Shown: positions 24,420 through 36,729 of the stretch, one piece after another
Layout of the letters: each line of letters opens with the position of its first letter
How positions within the stretch are numbered: position 1 is the first letter of the stretch
Assembly (NCBI GenBank): GCA_964188305.1
Contig: OZ076892.1
Direction: 5' to 3' (one strand)
Source: Podarcis bocagei
Taxonomy: Eukaryota
DNA: 64,000 bases
The notes under the pieces: generated by a model
What the model was told of the DNA's origin: nothing
Databases searched by the model: none
Seen by the model: the letters and a program-made list of their open reading frames with translations, nothing else
Made by a program: the position numbers and the translations under genes

Positions 24420-25122
24420 TATTGAATGCAAATCAGGGTCAGGGAGTCAAGGTGCCACCACTGAGAAGCCCTATCCCAGGATACTGTACAATGGGCAATG
24501 CACATTGATAGGACCACAGAAGCAATGAAGTCCTGTATTACTTGTAGCCATGAAAACCTGTGCCTAAAAATACTTTCAAATGAGACCTATCAGCCCAAAA
24601 CAGAGACAGCAATCCCAGATCTCTTAAAAACTTGAGGACCACAGGCTTAGCAACACGGCCCACTGCCAGAAACGATAGGATAGAGAAAAGATAGAGGGCC
24701 ATGCAGCTCAGATAGGACTTGTGCTTTAGTAAGGACTTCAGAAGTTACTATCACAGAAAGCAGAGAAAGAACAAAAGGTAAGTGAATGAATGTCTGATGA
24801 GTAACTTCCTGTGTTCCTCAAAATGCAGTTTAGAACCAACCCAAGGTTTCTAATCCTCAAACCTGAGGTCAGATATGTGTACAGAAGCAAACAAGCAAAA
24901 TTGAAGTTACCTCTCTATCCCTGGATCTACAAGGCCTTGAGAAGTGAGGAGGTCAAGTTTGCTGAAGATACTGTGATTTAGTAGATTTCCAAAAAGATTC
25001 CTCCACACTGGGAGATATTGGAGTCATGACGTATAGCTCAATAAACCCAGAATGTAGAAACTGTGAAAGATGTTACAAAATCACTAGAAAAGTGATTTAA
25101 AATGTAACTACCAATATCATTA

Positions 25123-25475
25123 GGGACGCGGGTGGCGCTGTGGTCTAAACCACAGAGCCTAGGACTTGCCGATCAGAAGGTCGATGGTTCGAATCCCCGC
25201 AATGGGCTGAGCTCCCATTGCTCGGTCCCTGCTCCTGCCAACCTAGCAGTTTGAAAGCACGCCAAAGTGCAAATAAATAAACAGGCACTGCTCTGGCGGG
25301 AAGGTAAACGGCATTTCCGTGCACTGCCCTGGTTTGCCAGAAGCGGCTTAGTCATGCTGGCCACATGACCCAGAAGCTGTACGCCGGCTCCCTTGGTCAA
25401 TAAAGCAAGATGAGCGCTGCAACCCCAGAGTCGGCCACGACTGGACCTAATGCTCAGGGGTCCCTTTACCTTTAC
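25123..25475 (+). mobile_element. Sauria SINE
   Basis: GGGACGCGGGTGGCGCTGTGG head, B-box GGTTCGAATCC, (ACCTTT)n-type tail. Confidence 0.9.
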
Positions 25476-25544
25476 AAATATGCATAGTGTGGAAGGGAAG
25501 GTAGGTTGTTCTTCCTCTCATATAGAACTCGGGATTATCTAATG

Positions 25545-25846
25545 CAGGGGTGTCAAACTCAAATTCATCGGGGGCCGCATCAGCAGTTTGGTCACCCTCA
25601 AAGGGCCGGTTGTATCTGTAGGACTATGTAAAGGACATGTAAAGTGGAGGTTTCCTGTGTAGAACGGCCGGCGCCGCTAGAGGGCAGACGTTCTCTGGCT
25701 TGTAGGCTGCCGCGCATGCGCTGAAGAGGCGGCTTTCTTGTGTAAAAAAAAAAAAAAAGCGAGAATAAAAGGTGAAGGCTGGCGGGCCACATGACGAGGT
25801 CTGGCGGGCCAGATTCGGCCCGCGGGCCTTGTGTTTGACACCCGTG
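25545..25846. mobile_element. hAT (Charlie-like) non-autonomous transposon
   Basis: TIR CAGGGGTGTCAAAC / GTTTGACACCCGTG, perfect 8-bp TSD ATCTAATG at 25537-25544 and 25847-25854. Confidence 0.92.
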
Positions 25847-25959
25847 ATCTAATGGAATAGATTGTCAGATACAGGACACACAGGACACACAAAAGATAGT
25901 ACTTTACTTGGCACTTAATTAACATATGGAATGACATGCTGATGGTCACTGATTATGTA

Positions 25960-26109
25960 CAGTTAAACCTTGGTTTTCGAAAGTCTCGGCTGCCGAACAT
26001 TTCGGAAGCTGAACTCCGAAAACCTGGAAGTAAAACCCTGGATTTCGAACATTTCGGAAGTCAAACAGACTTCTGGAACGGATTACATTCGAAAACCGGG
26101 GTTCCACTG
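25960..26109. mobile_element. Short Tigger-like MITE
   Basis: TA|CAGTTAAACCTTGGTTTTCGAA...TTCGAAAACCGGGGTTCCACTG|TA. Confidence 0.75.
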
Positions 26110-28829
26110 TATTCAGCTGCTTGGGAGCAACAGAACACTCTCATCTCTATTTCGGTTCCACAAAATAATTAAGAACAGCCACAGTACAAAAGACTGAAGA
26201 CACTCTTCTTTCTCCTGATTATATCTACTACATATAGTTCACTATGAATTATCCAGATAACCAAGTGCACTTAACAGACACTTTTGAAATATGGGGAGGA
26301 GACCTTGCCAAATCAGCAGGAAAGAGCATTTGTTCTCAAACTCCTTAAAGGACACATTACACATGCTGGCAAGAAGGAAAGAATTAGAACTGTAAATTCA
26401 GTCCATCACTGAAAAACAAAATTTGTGCCCAAGATATGACACACCAAGGAGGAATTTTGAAACTGAGTGCTTTATAGCAAAGAGACACCCAAAACTTGAA
26501 ATAGTAAATCATTCAACCAATCAGAAGAAGCACACTGTTTTGAGTATGATATGAGACCTAGGCTGTGATGGGGTCTCAGCTTTTTGCACTGCTGCCAGTT
26601 AACTCTTACATCACACTCATTTTCTCTGTCACAGCCAAACAGAACTGTGTCTCTCTACTTCCCACCACAATGAAAAACAATTACTTCTGAAAATGGCAAT
26701 GAGCCACCTTAAGAAATAACAGTTTTTTGGATTAGGTTTGCAGTTCTGTAACAGTTCCAGTAATGCCTATGGGACATCAGAATGTTAATGTATTTTTACA
26801 CAAGAAAAGAATTAAGTTTGTGGTGATCCAAGACAAGCTGACCAATACACACAATTGCAACTCCAGCATATAAAGACTACTATGCTATGTATTTAGAATT
26901 CTACATTAGTTGCAAGGTCACATGTTAATGCTTTACAAATCCTTTAAAAAAAGATGTCTAGACAGTCTTGAAGACATTTTTTAAAAATTAAGAAGAAAAA
27001 TGTGGCAGACCTTTTGGGGAACAATTTTCAGTAATTCACTGGTGCTGCTACCTTTAATCACAGCAATTGTTATACTAGACTATCTTGTTAAATGAGCCAG
27101 AACTAGTACTAAAATAGTTTTTGTGTAATGGGCAAATACAAACTGTGATCATGGTGACTTAAATCACATGCTGGTGATAACAGGTAATATTTTTTTAAAG
27201 TGTCCCTTGCATAAGTAAAAAATTGGCTGAGAATTGCATTTCTTATTAAATTAAAACTGGCCTGCTTCTTTGTTCTGAATTTAATATAGGATGTCAGTTT
27301 AATAAAAGTTTTAATAATTCACACTTGAAGATAAGGATCATAATCTTTCAAAACTCAGATGCATAGTATCCTCGGAGAGTCACCTTTGTACCTACTGTAT
27401 TTATCATGGGCCTCTTAAAACTGAAGGTATGCCCAGATTGAAACAAACTGGAAAGATCTGGTCATCGTGCTGCAGGAGGGATGTGCAGAATCCCAGACTG
27501 CATTACTTGGCCAAATACATAAATATAATTCTGCTCTCTGTAACCTTTGAAGGTACCTTTCAAATATCAAACCCTAAGAATGCTGCTTGTTTTGTAATCT
27601 AGTCAAATGAAGAAGCAGTACTATCACTTACATTTATCCCTTTGAATCTTTGATCCAATTGATTTGCAGCAGTTTGAATTGGATGGCAACAAAATTATGT
27701 TGCTCTGTACTTTTTCCTGCTCGCAGTCCTTTGAGGCTTAGTCAAGAGGACAGAAACAGATCCAACAAGAAAGCTACAAGCAAAGAATGAACTGAATCCT
27801 TTATTCTCTTTTAACAATGACAGTGCCTCCCAAGAGGCAAAAATGTATCTTACTCTTGCTTTTTAGAATTGTACTCTATGTACAGCTCAGGACCTGCTTG
27901 TCCTCAGTGTATAAGAACTGTAATGATTTGATACTGTACAAAGCCTTATATAACAGTCTTTCTGTTAACAGAGCTTTAGAAATAATTTTGGGAGACTAAA
28001 TTTATGAACACTGTGTCTTAAAACATTTTGTTCATCATTCTAAAAGAAAACATTTCATTTTCTGGGCCTTCACATCTCTATAAACAAGATCTGACCATCA
28101 CAAGGGATTTAAGATTAAATCTCTGACTATCAGATAACCGAATTTGTTTGAATATAATTATTCACGTCATTGTATTATTTTTTCTTATTTAAATATCTCA
28201 TTTCAACTACTACATTTAAACATACATTGGAAATAAACTTTTAAGATAAAGAAAGAGGAACTGATAGCAATAATTTAGAACATGGGACAATGAACACTGC
28301 ATGTAATTTAATGAGTTTTGTTCCCCCTCCCCTTTTCTCAGCTCTTTTAATGGAAATGAATGCTTTATGTCTGCTTAACTGTTATTTTCTGAATAATAAT
28401 TTGTTTTACTATAATATTGGTTTTCAATATGGAGTAGTTATAATATTGGTTTTCAATAGTGATTTTCAATATGGAGCACTGGAAACAAAACAAAAAATTG
28501 CATTTCCCCCAGAAAAGTTGTTTCTCCCCCCCCCCCATCACCCCCCAAGAAACCTGTCTCCCTCTCCATGGCTTCAAAATTTCTGGAAATTTTACGTATC
28601 TGCTCAAGTTAAACTTTAGGCATTCAATGGCATTAATCCATCTCCAAGGGTGGAGTGTGAGGACTCCTTGGAATCAGTCTTAGTCTTAGATGACAGGGGA
28701 GGCAGGGTGTTTCTAACTTCCACTTCAGAAGTTATAATACTGGTCATAAAGAAACCTAGCATGCATCTAGAAAATGCCAACAATTATAGGCTGGTTGACA
28801 TGTCCTGAGTAAAGTGCTTCGATAAAAGT

Positions 28830-29510
28830 GTTTCTCTATATCCATTTAAATCAGGCTACAGGCAAGGTTTTAGGACAGAAACTGCCTTGAGCAATTTGTA
28901 GGATGGCTTTTTCTGAAAACCAAAGGGTTCAAAACCCTGTTGATTCTCTTGGACCTCTCAGGTGCTTTTGATGTCATTGACCATCTGGATAATATATCTG
29001 AACAGTGTGCTTGAGATACCACATAGTGGTGGTTCTCCTATTTGGATGGCTAATTCCAGAGAGTTCTGCTGCGGAACTGTGGCTCAGCCCCTTAGTTATT
29101 ACACTCCAGGGGTCTACACAATTCTATTCCCCTCCCTGCCCCTAACGCTGTTTAACATAAAACTGCTGGGAGAGGTCTGCAGAGATTTTTCTTGAGGGAT
29201 CATCAATACACAAAAAGGCATCCAGCTGTTTCTCTTTTTCATCTTTTAGGTGAGACTTTTGTGCCCTGAATCAGTGCCTAGGTGTGGTAGAGGATTGGAT
29301 AAGGGTTTATTGACTGATATTCAATCAAGATTGAGGTACCTTGGTAAGTGGTTTATCTGACCAGATGATGGTGTTAAATTTGTTCTGGAAAAATTGCATT
29401 CTCTTATGCATTAGGGCCACAGTTTAGGGGCTAGTATTAACTCAATATTGTCACCCAATATTTACGTGACCTCTACGGTTCAAAATGCCTTGTATCAACT
29501 TGCACTGTAA
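28830..29510 (+). mobile_element. Degenerate old L2 RT fragment
   Basis: Decayed PF.SG.R.G..TETAL and LILLDLSGAFD motifs (28840-28985), with stops and frameshifts. Confidence 0.65.
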
Positions 29511-30107
29511 GAAAGCTCTTCCTAATGTTTAACCTAAAACCCTTTTCATGTAATATGATCCCAATGGTTTGAGTTCTATTCTCAGAAGTAAAAGTAGTAA
29601 ATAAATAGTTTTATGAACTATGCCAGGGGTGGGGAACCTCTGGCCCACAGGCTAAATCTGGCCAACCAGGGTCTAAACTTTCATTTGCTAGGCCACTTTT
29701 CCCAAATCATGCCCACTTACTAGGCCCTACGATGTGAGGAAGACAGAGATGCAGCTGTCAATGCACAATTAGGAGCATCATTGAAGTGCACTCCTAATAT
29801 TACATTGGTAAAGGAAAGCAGGCTTCAGCTGTACCACCTAACAGCTGGTGTGTGGCAGAACCAAAGCCTGCTCAACAGTCTGCACAAGTGACCTACCCAA
29901 GGGAGTTTTTAGAACAGAAAGCCCCTAATTTCCATGCCCTACTGAAACCAGACTTAACTACAACATTCTCTTCTCTTTTTGGGTCCTGTAAAGTCCTACT
30001 GGCAGGGGTAGGTAAGCTGCAGTCCTGCAGTGTCCTTGGACTACAAGGCCACGTGGAGTGGGAGCTGCAGCTACAAAGAGCTAGGAATTAATCGTCATCA
30101 TCCAAAT

Positions 30108-30248
30108 CAGTGTTTCCCAACCTTGGGTTCTCCAGCTGTTTTCGGATTACAATCTCCCCCCCCCCCCCCGACCACTGGTCTTGCTAGCTAGGTATGATGG
30201 GTGTTGTAGCCCAAAAACAGCTGGAGAACCCAAGGTTGGGAAACATTG
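30108..30248. mobile_element. Palindromic hAT-type MITE
   Basis: CAGTGTTTCCCAACCTTGGGTTCTCCAGCTGTTTT...AAAACAGCTGGAGAACCCAAGGTTGGGAAACATTG. Followed by ATCTAGA, resembling the Charlie-type target preference. Confidence 0.85.
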
Positions 30249-30399
30249 ATCTAGAGGACCACTCCTCACACTATGTAGACACAAGCTAATTCGTATCTAA
30301 TTGTGAATTAATTTGCAGCTCCCTTTTAGAGAAAGAAAAGCAGAATGCCGATGGGGAAGACGGAATGGACAGATAATAAACACTGCACGCAAGGGGGGT

Positions 30400-31360
30400 T
30401 GGGTGCCGTGGCACCTGACTCAAGAGGGGAAGCGGCCCCCTCACCCGATCGCGCGCAGACTTCTTTTTAAAAAAATATGTCGGCATCCATTCAATCGCGA
30501 AAGGAGAGGACAGGACCAGAGGCCGCCTTCCCGGTACCTCTCCCGCCAACACTTCTAGGTGGATTTGCCAAAACCCCGTCTGGTTTTCGGGGGCGATTTT
30601 TTAAAAAGCCCCGATTCAGCTCTGCTATCAGAAATAACGGCCCCCTCCATTTACCCCTTGGCCTACTCGCGAACCGACCTCCTCCCAGGGCACGCGATAC
30701 CCCTCCCCCACTCGCCCCTCCCCCCCAGCTCCACCTCAGCACCCCCCTGCCTGGGGTATGTGAGGTAGAAACATAATCCTTCGCCATCTTTTTCGATCTT
30801 AAGGGAGGGGAAACCAAAAACAACAACAATCCGCAGGCCGCGGCCTCCTCCTCACCGTTCAGACGCGGCCTTCTTCTCTCGCCCGCCTTTGCCTACCTCA
30901 CAGCTCACCACCGCAGCAGTAGCAGCAGGCCCAGACGTCCTGCGCGCGCAGCACTACCAGCCAGGCGCGAACTAATTGAAGCCGCTGGGAGATGTAGTTC
31001 TTCCGCCCACCCTGGCCTATTTGTACCGCGGACGCCTTTCACGTCATATACTACAAGAACCGGCATGCCTCTGCAGGAGCCCGTCATCGACTATCTTCCG
31101 CCCCGCCGACTCTCGCGCTCTCTCTCCTCCCCCTTTTCCCGCTCGCGCTCTCTACGTCCGCAGGAGCCACTCTTAGGCCTGACGGGAGGTGGAGTCTTTT
31201 TCAGCCCCAGCTAGACTAGTTGGCATAGAAGTATCGCCGAGGGGGGACTACAACTCCCAACGTTGGCGAGAAAGACTTTAGGGTGATACGCTCTCGAAAT
31301 GCTGGCGCAGGATGTTGTCTTCTGTAAAATATAGTGAGGCGCCCTGTGCGGGCTTCGAAA
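30400..31360 (-). promoter_or_regulatory. THRAP3: CpG island / THRAP3 promoter and non-coding exon 1
   Basis: CpG-dense. ZNF143-type ACTACAnnTCCCA at 30986-30998 (-) and 31247-31259 (+), YY1 CGCCATCTT at 30782-30790, CRE-like CACGTCA near 31040. Candidate - strand donors near 30855, 30896 and 30909. Confidence 0.8.
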
Positions 31361-31454
31361 AAAAGTGGCATTTTACGAGGGGCCAAGAGGAGGATTTATA
31401 TGAGGGCAGTCTTTCCGTATCATGCTTGGTTGCTTAATTTGATTTTTTTATTCT

Positions 31455-32170
31455 TATGATTCCTTGCATTTATATCCCACCTTTTTCTCAAAGGAGCTCT
31501 AATGTAGCATGCATGGTTCACCTCCTCATTTAACCCCCATAACCACCCTGTGAGGTAGGCTAGGCCCAAAGCCAGCCAGAGAGCTTCATGGCCTAATGGG
31601 GATTTGAAGCTTGGTCTCTCCCAGGTCCTAGTCTGATACTGTATAAGCATTATACCACACTAACCCTCAAGTGTCTCAGAGTAATAAACAACAGCATTAA
31701 AGTAGGTAAGAAAGGGCAATAAGGTCACCCCAAAATATGTACATTTCAAAGCCCTTCCCGCTAAACTCAGGTCTGTGGCCTTTGCTGTGTTCATCCTTTA
31801 TCTACCTGCCCTCCCAAAAAACAAAGCCTGGGTAAATAATAATGTGTTCCCTCATGGGTAGGCTGAGTGAGCCAGATTCACTCCATTTGTTCTTTCAAGT
31901 TTGTCTTATTTATTACATTTATACAGTTTACCAACTTTTCCTCCATGCTGTTCAAGGTAGCGTAATGGTGCTCTCCCTCCACATTTTATCCTCACAACAA
32001 CCCTGTGTAGTAGGTTAGGCTGAGAGACAGTGACTGGCCTGAGGTCATCCAGTGAGCTTCATGACTGTGTGGGGTTTATGAACCCTGTTATCCCAGACCT
32101 TAGGTCAGCACTCTTTTCTTCTTCTTCTTCTTAGGTCAGCACTCATAAGCACTACACTATACTGGCTCTA
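31455..32170 (-). mobile_element. Two tandem MIR/CORE-like SINE copies
   Basis: Both read ...tttatcctcacaacaaccctgtgaggtagg...gagcttcatg...gaaccc...actacac. Further copies near 3820, 33960, 49000, 51330 and 52255. Confidence 0.6.
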
Positions 32171-32273
32171 AAAAGAGGCATGGACAAAAATGTGGACAAA
32201 AGTGCCACACAAATCCATAGCAGCAATGACCAGAGAAAGACTACTTAAAATTGCACAGAGCTGGAACCTAATA

Positions 32274-33079
32274 CAGTGGTACCCCGCAAGACGAACGCCT
32301 CGCGAGACGAAAAACTCGCAAAACGAAAGGTTTTTTCGTTTTCGAGTTGCCTCGCAAGACGAATTTCCCTATGGGCTTGCTTCGCAAAACGAAGCTTGCC
32401 CCGGGGACAGCGGGTCTTCTCTTTTGAAGCAAGGGGCAGCGGGGAGAAGCGATCTTCTCCCCGCAGCCCCAGGTCCGGGGACAGCGGGAAGCGCTTCCCG
32501 CTGCCCCCGGACCTCTTTTGAAGCAAGGGGCTGCGGGGAGATCGCTTCTCCTCACCTGCCCCCACCGCCCGGCTTCGGAACGCTGCTCCGAAGCGGGGCG
32601 GGGGGGAGGGAACACCTGCCCCCACCGCCTGGCTTCGGAACGCTGCTCCGAAGCGGGGCGGGGGGGAGGGAACACCTTCTGAAGGCGGGCGGGGGGCGAA
32701 AGTCTTTGTCCCCCCTGCCTGCCTTCCCAGGGGCTTTTAAATCGCCCCGGACAGCGGAGAAGTCCTCCGCTGTCCCGGGGCGATTTTAAAATGCCGCCCG
32801 CCAGCATTTTAAGATCGCCCGGACAGCGGAGAAGTCCTCCGCTGTCCCGGGGTTTTTTAAAATGCTGGGGGTGGGAAGAAAAGCCCTTGCCCCCCCCCAG
32901 CCTTCAGAAGAGGTCCGGGGACAGACTGTCCCCGGACCTGGTCTGAAGGCGGTTTCCCTAGGAACGCATTAATTGATTTTCAATGCATTCCTATGGGAAA
33001 CCGTGCATCGCAAGACGAAAAACTCGCAAGACGAAGAGACTTGCGGAACGAATTAATTTCGTCTTGCGAGGCACCACTG
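32274..33079 (+). mobile_element. 806-bp Tigger-like non-autonomous element, family A
   Basis: TA|CAGTGGTACCCCGCAAGACGAA...TTCGTCTTGCGAGGCACCACTG|TA. GC-rich interior with 60-bp direct repeats and hairpins. Confidence 0.9.
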
Positions 33080-33316
33080 TACCTAGAAGCCTAGGCTATA
33101 TAAAACCGATGAGTTCTCCCATGTGTTGGAGAGGATGTCCCGCTATAAGGACATATCAGCAAATGTGGTGGAGTGTCCAAAAATTGAAAAGTTCTGGAAA
33201 AATGTATTTACAAAAAAAAATTGATTACAGAAATATCTTTAATTACAATTACAAGGCAGACGGTCCTCATGACCCCAGGACTGGCTCTACTTAACTCATG
33301 TCATCACAATACAGTA

Positions 33317-33371
33317 TGTATTGTATTGTATTGTATTGTATTGTATTGTATTGTATTGTATTGTATTGTAT
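33317..33371. repeat. (TGTAT)n microsatellite
   Basis: Direct reading. Confidence 0.95.
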
Positions 33372-36015
33372 AAGAACTCAACACATCTGTTAACTGCTGC
33401 AACAACTATTGCCAGGATGTGGGAATCATTACAATTAACTATGGACCAATGGTATAATGCAATCTGACAAACAGCATTATTGGAAAAACTGACATAAAAA
33501 TTAAAAGTTACAAGAGGCCAAAAGAAAATCATTTATTTATTTTTATGCATTCTGGTGTGACTTTACTGATTACACAAATACAGTAATGAGGCATATGATA
33601 GAACACCCATATTTTATAGCAGTCTGGCGTACATGAAGTACATATTTTTCCCTCCACCGCTTGATGTTTTACAAATATATAAATCTATATAAATATAGAT
33701 ATATGAACTGCAAAGAGTATCAGCACATAGAATAACCCAGTTTATTAGAATCAAGTTAGTCATATTAGTTCATGCTGATTTTAATAACATTTTGTACAGT
33801 AAATCTGTTTAAACTGGTTTTCAAACTATACAATGATTTGTGTATATTTTTGGAAACCACTTTTGGAAACAATTTGTTCAAAAAGGAGTCTATACACATT
33901 TTAAATAAACAGAATAGTGAGACTGCAAATTGCACTGTTAGTGGTCACCATGTTGGGACTTCACATCCTTGATCTGCTATAAACCTCACTAGGTGACATT
34001 GAGCTAGTCAGTGCCTGAGTGAAGCCTACTTCACAATTTATTATGAGGATAAAGTGAGGTAGCCCACATACTTGTGTATGCCATGCTAAGCTCAATAGAG
34101 AAAGGATGGAACACTAAGGTAAACAACAGTAGAATCAATGCCAGCGTCCGTTTGATGGTGGCTTGGGGAGGGAGTGCTTGTAAAAATTATGAGGATCCAT
34201 GAAGGTCCTGGTCCAGTGCCCTAACTGCTGCAGCACGCTGACTCTCATTTTGGCAACACATTGGAGCAGTATAGCAAAAAGCATTTTAGAAGCTAGCCTA
34301 CAGTGCCATTCTGGGCAGCAAAAACAATTGAGTGCAGCCTATTACTAGCAACTGCTTTGCAAGGAGTTTGGCTCCCCCATCCCCTTTGAGTTTGAAGCTT
34401 CCAATGTAGCAAATTTTCCCAGTGCAATGCCATCAAGTCACCAGACGATGGTAGCATTGAACAGTGAGTTAAACTTCAGCACCCTAAACAATTCATTGGC
34501 ATCCATTGACATGCTAGTGCTAATCAAACCAAATCAAAACTATTGTTATTTTGGGGTGAGATTTAATCACATACCCGCAATGCATGTAGTACAATTAAAG
34601 CTGATCTGGAGCTCCTGCGAAACAAACCTTAACTTGAAAACTGGGCTTTTTATGATAAGGAAAGTGGTGGGGAAATACGCTGGAAAGTTTGGGATAACAC
34701 TTGCTCAATGCAACTTAATCTAATTTCCTCACAAACAAATCAGGATGAATGTTCATTAAATAGCCAAGATCCTCTATGCTCTCTGCAAACAAATAAAGCT
34801 ATAGATTCATTAAACAACTCAGGTTACTCTGTTACTGTTTTTTAAAACACACAACAACAACAACAACAGGAACAGGAACATAAAGAATACTATCTCACAT
34901 TTAAGACCATGACTCCCTGGGTTGTGAGTGAGCTTTTAAGTTACTCAGAATCTTTTATCAAACAGTATGCTAAAAAGAAAAGCAAAATACTGTAATAAGA
35001 TGAAAGCAAACACCCGCCTTGGGGTGGGATGGGATTCGGCACTGCCTGCAGTTTGTTTCAAGTCTAAGATGCTGTTGGAGGAAGTTTGTGCAGATGAATA
35101 GGATCAAAATCATGCCTTACCAAGTTACGGTTAACTTTAGAAACATGGGTGTCTTATGATTCCTATTCTTATTCTGCATACCATAGTATTAAATAATGGT
35201 TGAGTATTTCTCCATGATCCTAGTGCAGCCCAGTTATATGCTTGTAAGGTCACAGGAAGGAGCAGTGGTGCCAATCAGGTAGAGAGGGGCAACTACCTGG
35301 GGGTAGGGCCAGGACCTGATTGGCAGGCAACTGACCAGTCAGACTGGCATAGCCTGGAGCCTCCAGAAGCAGCCAGACCAATGGAAATGCTACATCAGGA
35401 ACCTTAGGAGAAGCACCACTCTCTGCCTCACCTGCTCTAATTTCCCCTGGCAGTATTTGAACCAGTGCTCCTGGGAGTATGTCTGCATCCTTGTTTTAGT
35501 GTATGCACAACCTAACTGACTATCCCCTTTTCAATTAATGATGGCTTGTGGGAAAGAAAGAAAGGAAGGAAGAAAGAAAGGAAGGAAGGAATAATTGAAT
35601 TGGCAGCCTCCTGTATATATTTATGTGGCTGTTTTGCAAACTACATGGTATCACATGAACCAGTAGCTTCCCCAAGTTGTTGATGGCTGCTTTAACAGAC
35701 ACAACCACAGGGCTCCTTTGGCTGTGCTGATGGTTGCTGCGTAGTTCTGTGTTTCTTGTCTGTTGTAGGTGTGGTGACTTGAAAGACATGGGGCCTCGGT
35801 TGGTTGGTTGGCTCCCTCCATCCATGTGTGGCATAAGCGACACAGTCCCTAATTGGTGGGCATGTATGCTTTCTTTACACAACTTGTGTACTTTCTGGTG
35901 GTGTTGTTTTTCCTGATCTGCCTGTGCTGAGCATGCAATGGATTTAGCAGCCATCCTGGTGTGGTATAGCTTTGGTCATAGAGTAATATGAATACTAGAG
36001 CTTAATTTCTGTCCC

Positions 36016-36368
36016 AAGGTAAAGGTAAAGGGACCCTTGACCATTAGGTCCAGTTGTGGCCGACTCTGGGGTTGCGGCGCTCATCTTGCTTTATTGGCCG
36101 AGGGAGCTGGAGTACAGCTTCCGGGTCATGTGGCCAGCATCATGACTAAGCCGCTTCTGGCAAAGCAGAACAACGCACGGAAATGGCGTTTACCTTCCCG
36201 CCGGAGGTATTTATCTACTTGCACTTTGACGTGCTTTTGAACTGCTAGGTTGGCAGGAGCAGGGACCGAGCAACGGGAGCTCACCCCGTCGCGGGGATTC
36301 GAACCACCGACCTTCTGATCGGCAAGTCCTAGGCTCTGTGGTTTAACCCACAGTGCCACCTGCGTCCC
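36016..36368 (-). mobile_element. Sauria SINE
   Basis: Reverse complement of the 25123 element. TSD TTAATTTCTGTCC at 36002-36014 and 36369-36381. Confidence 0.93.
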
Positions 36369-36729
36369 TTAATTTCTGTCCTGGAGCATGTAAATAACAG
36401 TACCACTGAGTATGTGCAGAGAGTCTTGCTTCCTGGTTATGCCTAAACTGCTCCCAATAGGAATGAGTGAAGCTGTCTTTTACTGGTCCATCTTGTTCAG
36501 CATCTTCCACACTGACTGGTAGCAGCTCTGCAGAATTTCAGGAAGGGAATTTCTCCCAGCCCTACCTGGAGATGTCAGGGATTGAACCTGGGATCTTTGC
36601 ATCTAGGATAGCAACAGGTTTGTTTTAGCCCAAAGGCTTTTTACCAGAAAGGATAAATATGGATTAAACAGGCTGGTATTTTGATGCCAGGTATGTGTAT
36701 GGGCATTGCACTTTTCTTCTTTTTTGTCT

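Larger units (their letters stand above)
32180..33650 (+). mobile_element. L1-clade ORF2 C-terminal (CCHC) fragment interrupted by a MITE
   Basis: Removing 32274-33079 rejoins ...KIAQSWNLI|PRSLGYIKPMSSPMCWRGC...MW...CPKIEKFW, an L1 zinc-knuckle region. Confidence 0.7.

Noticed and set aside
32274-33079. CpG-island promoter or gene (ORFs 32190-32807)
   Set aside because: Bounded by TIRs and a TA duplication, and it interrupts an L1 fragment. No transposase motifs are visible.
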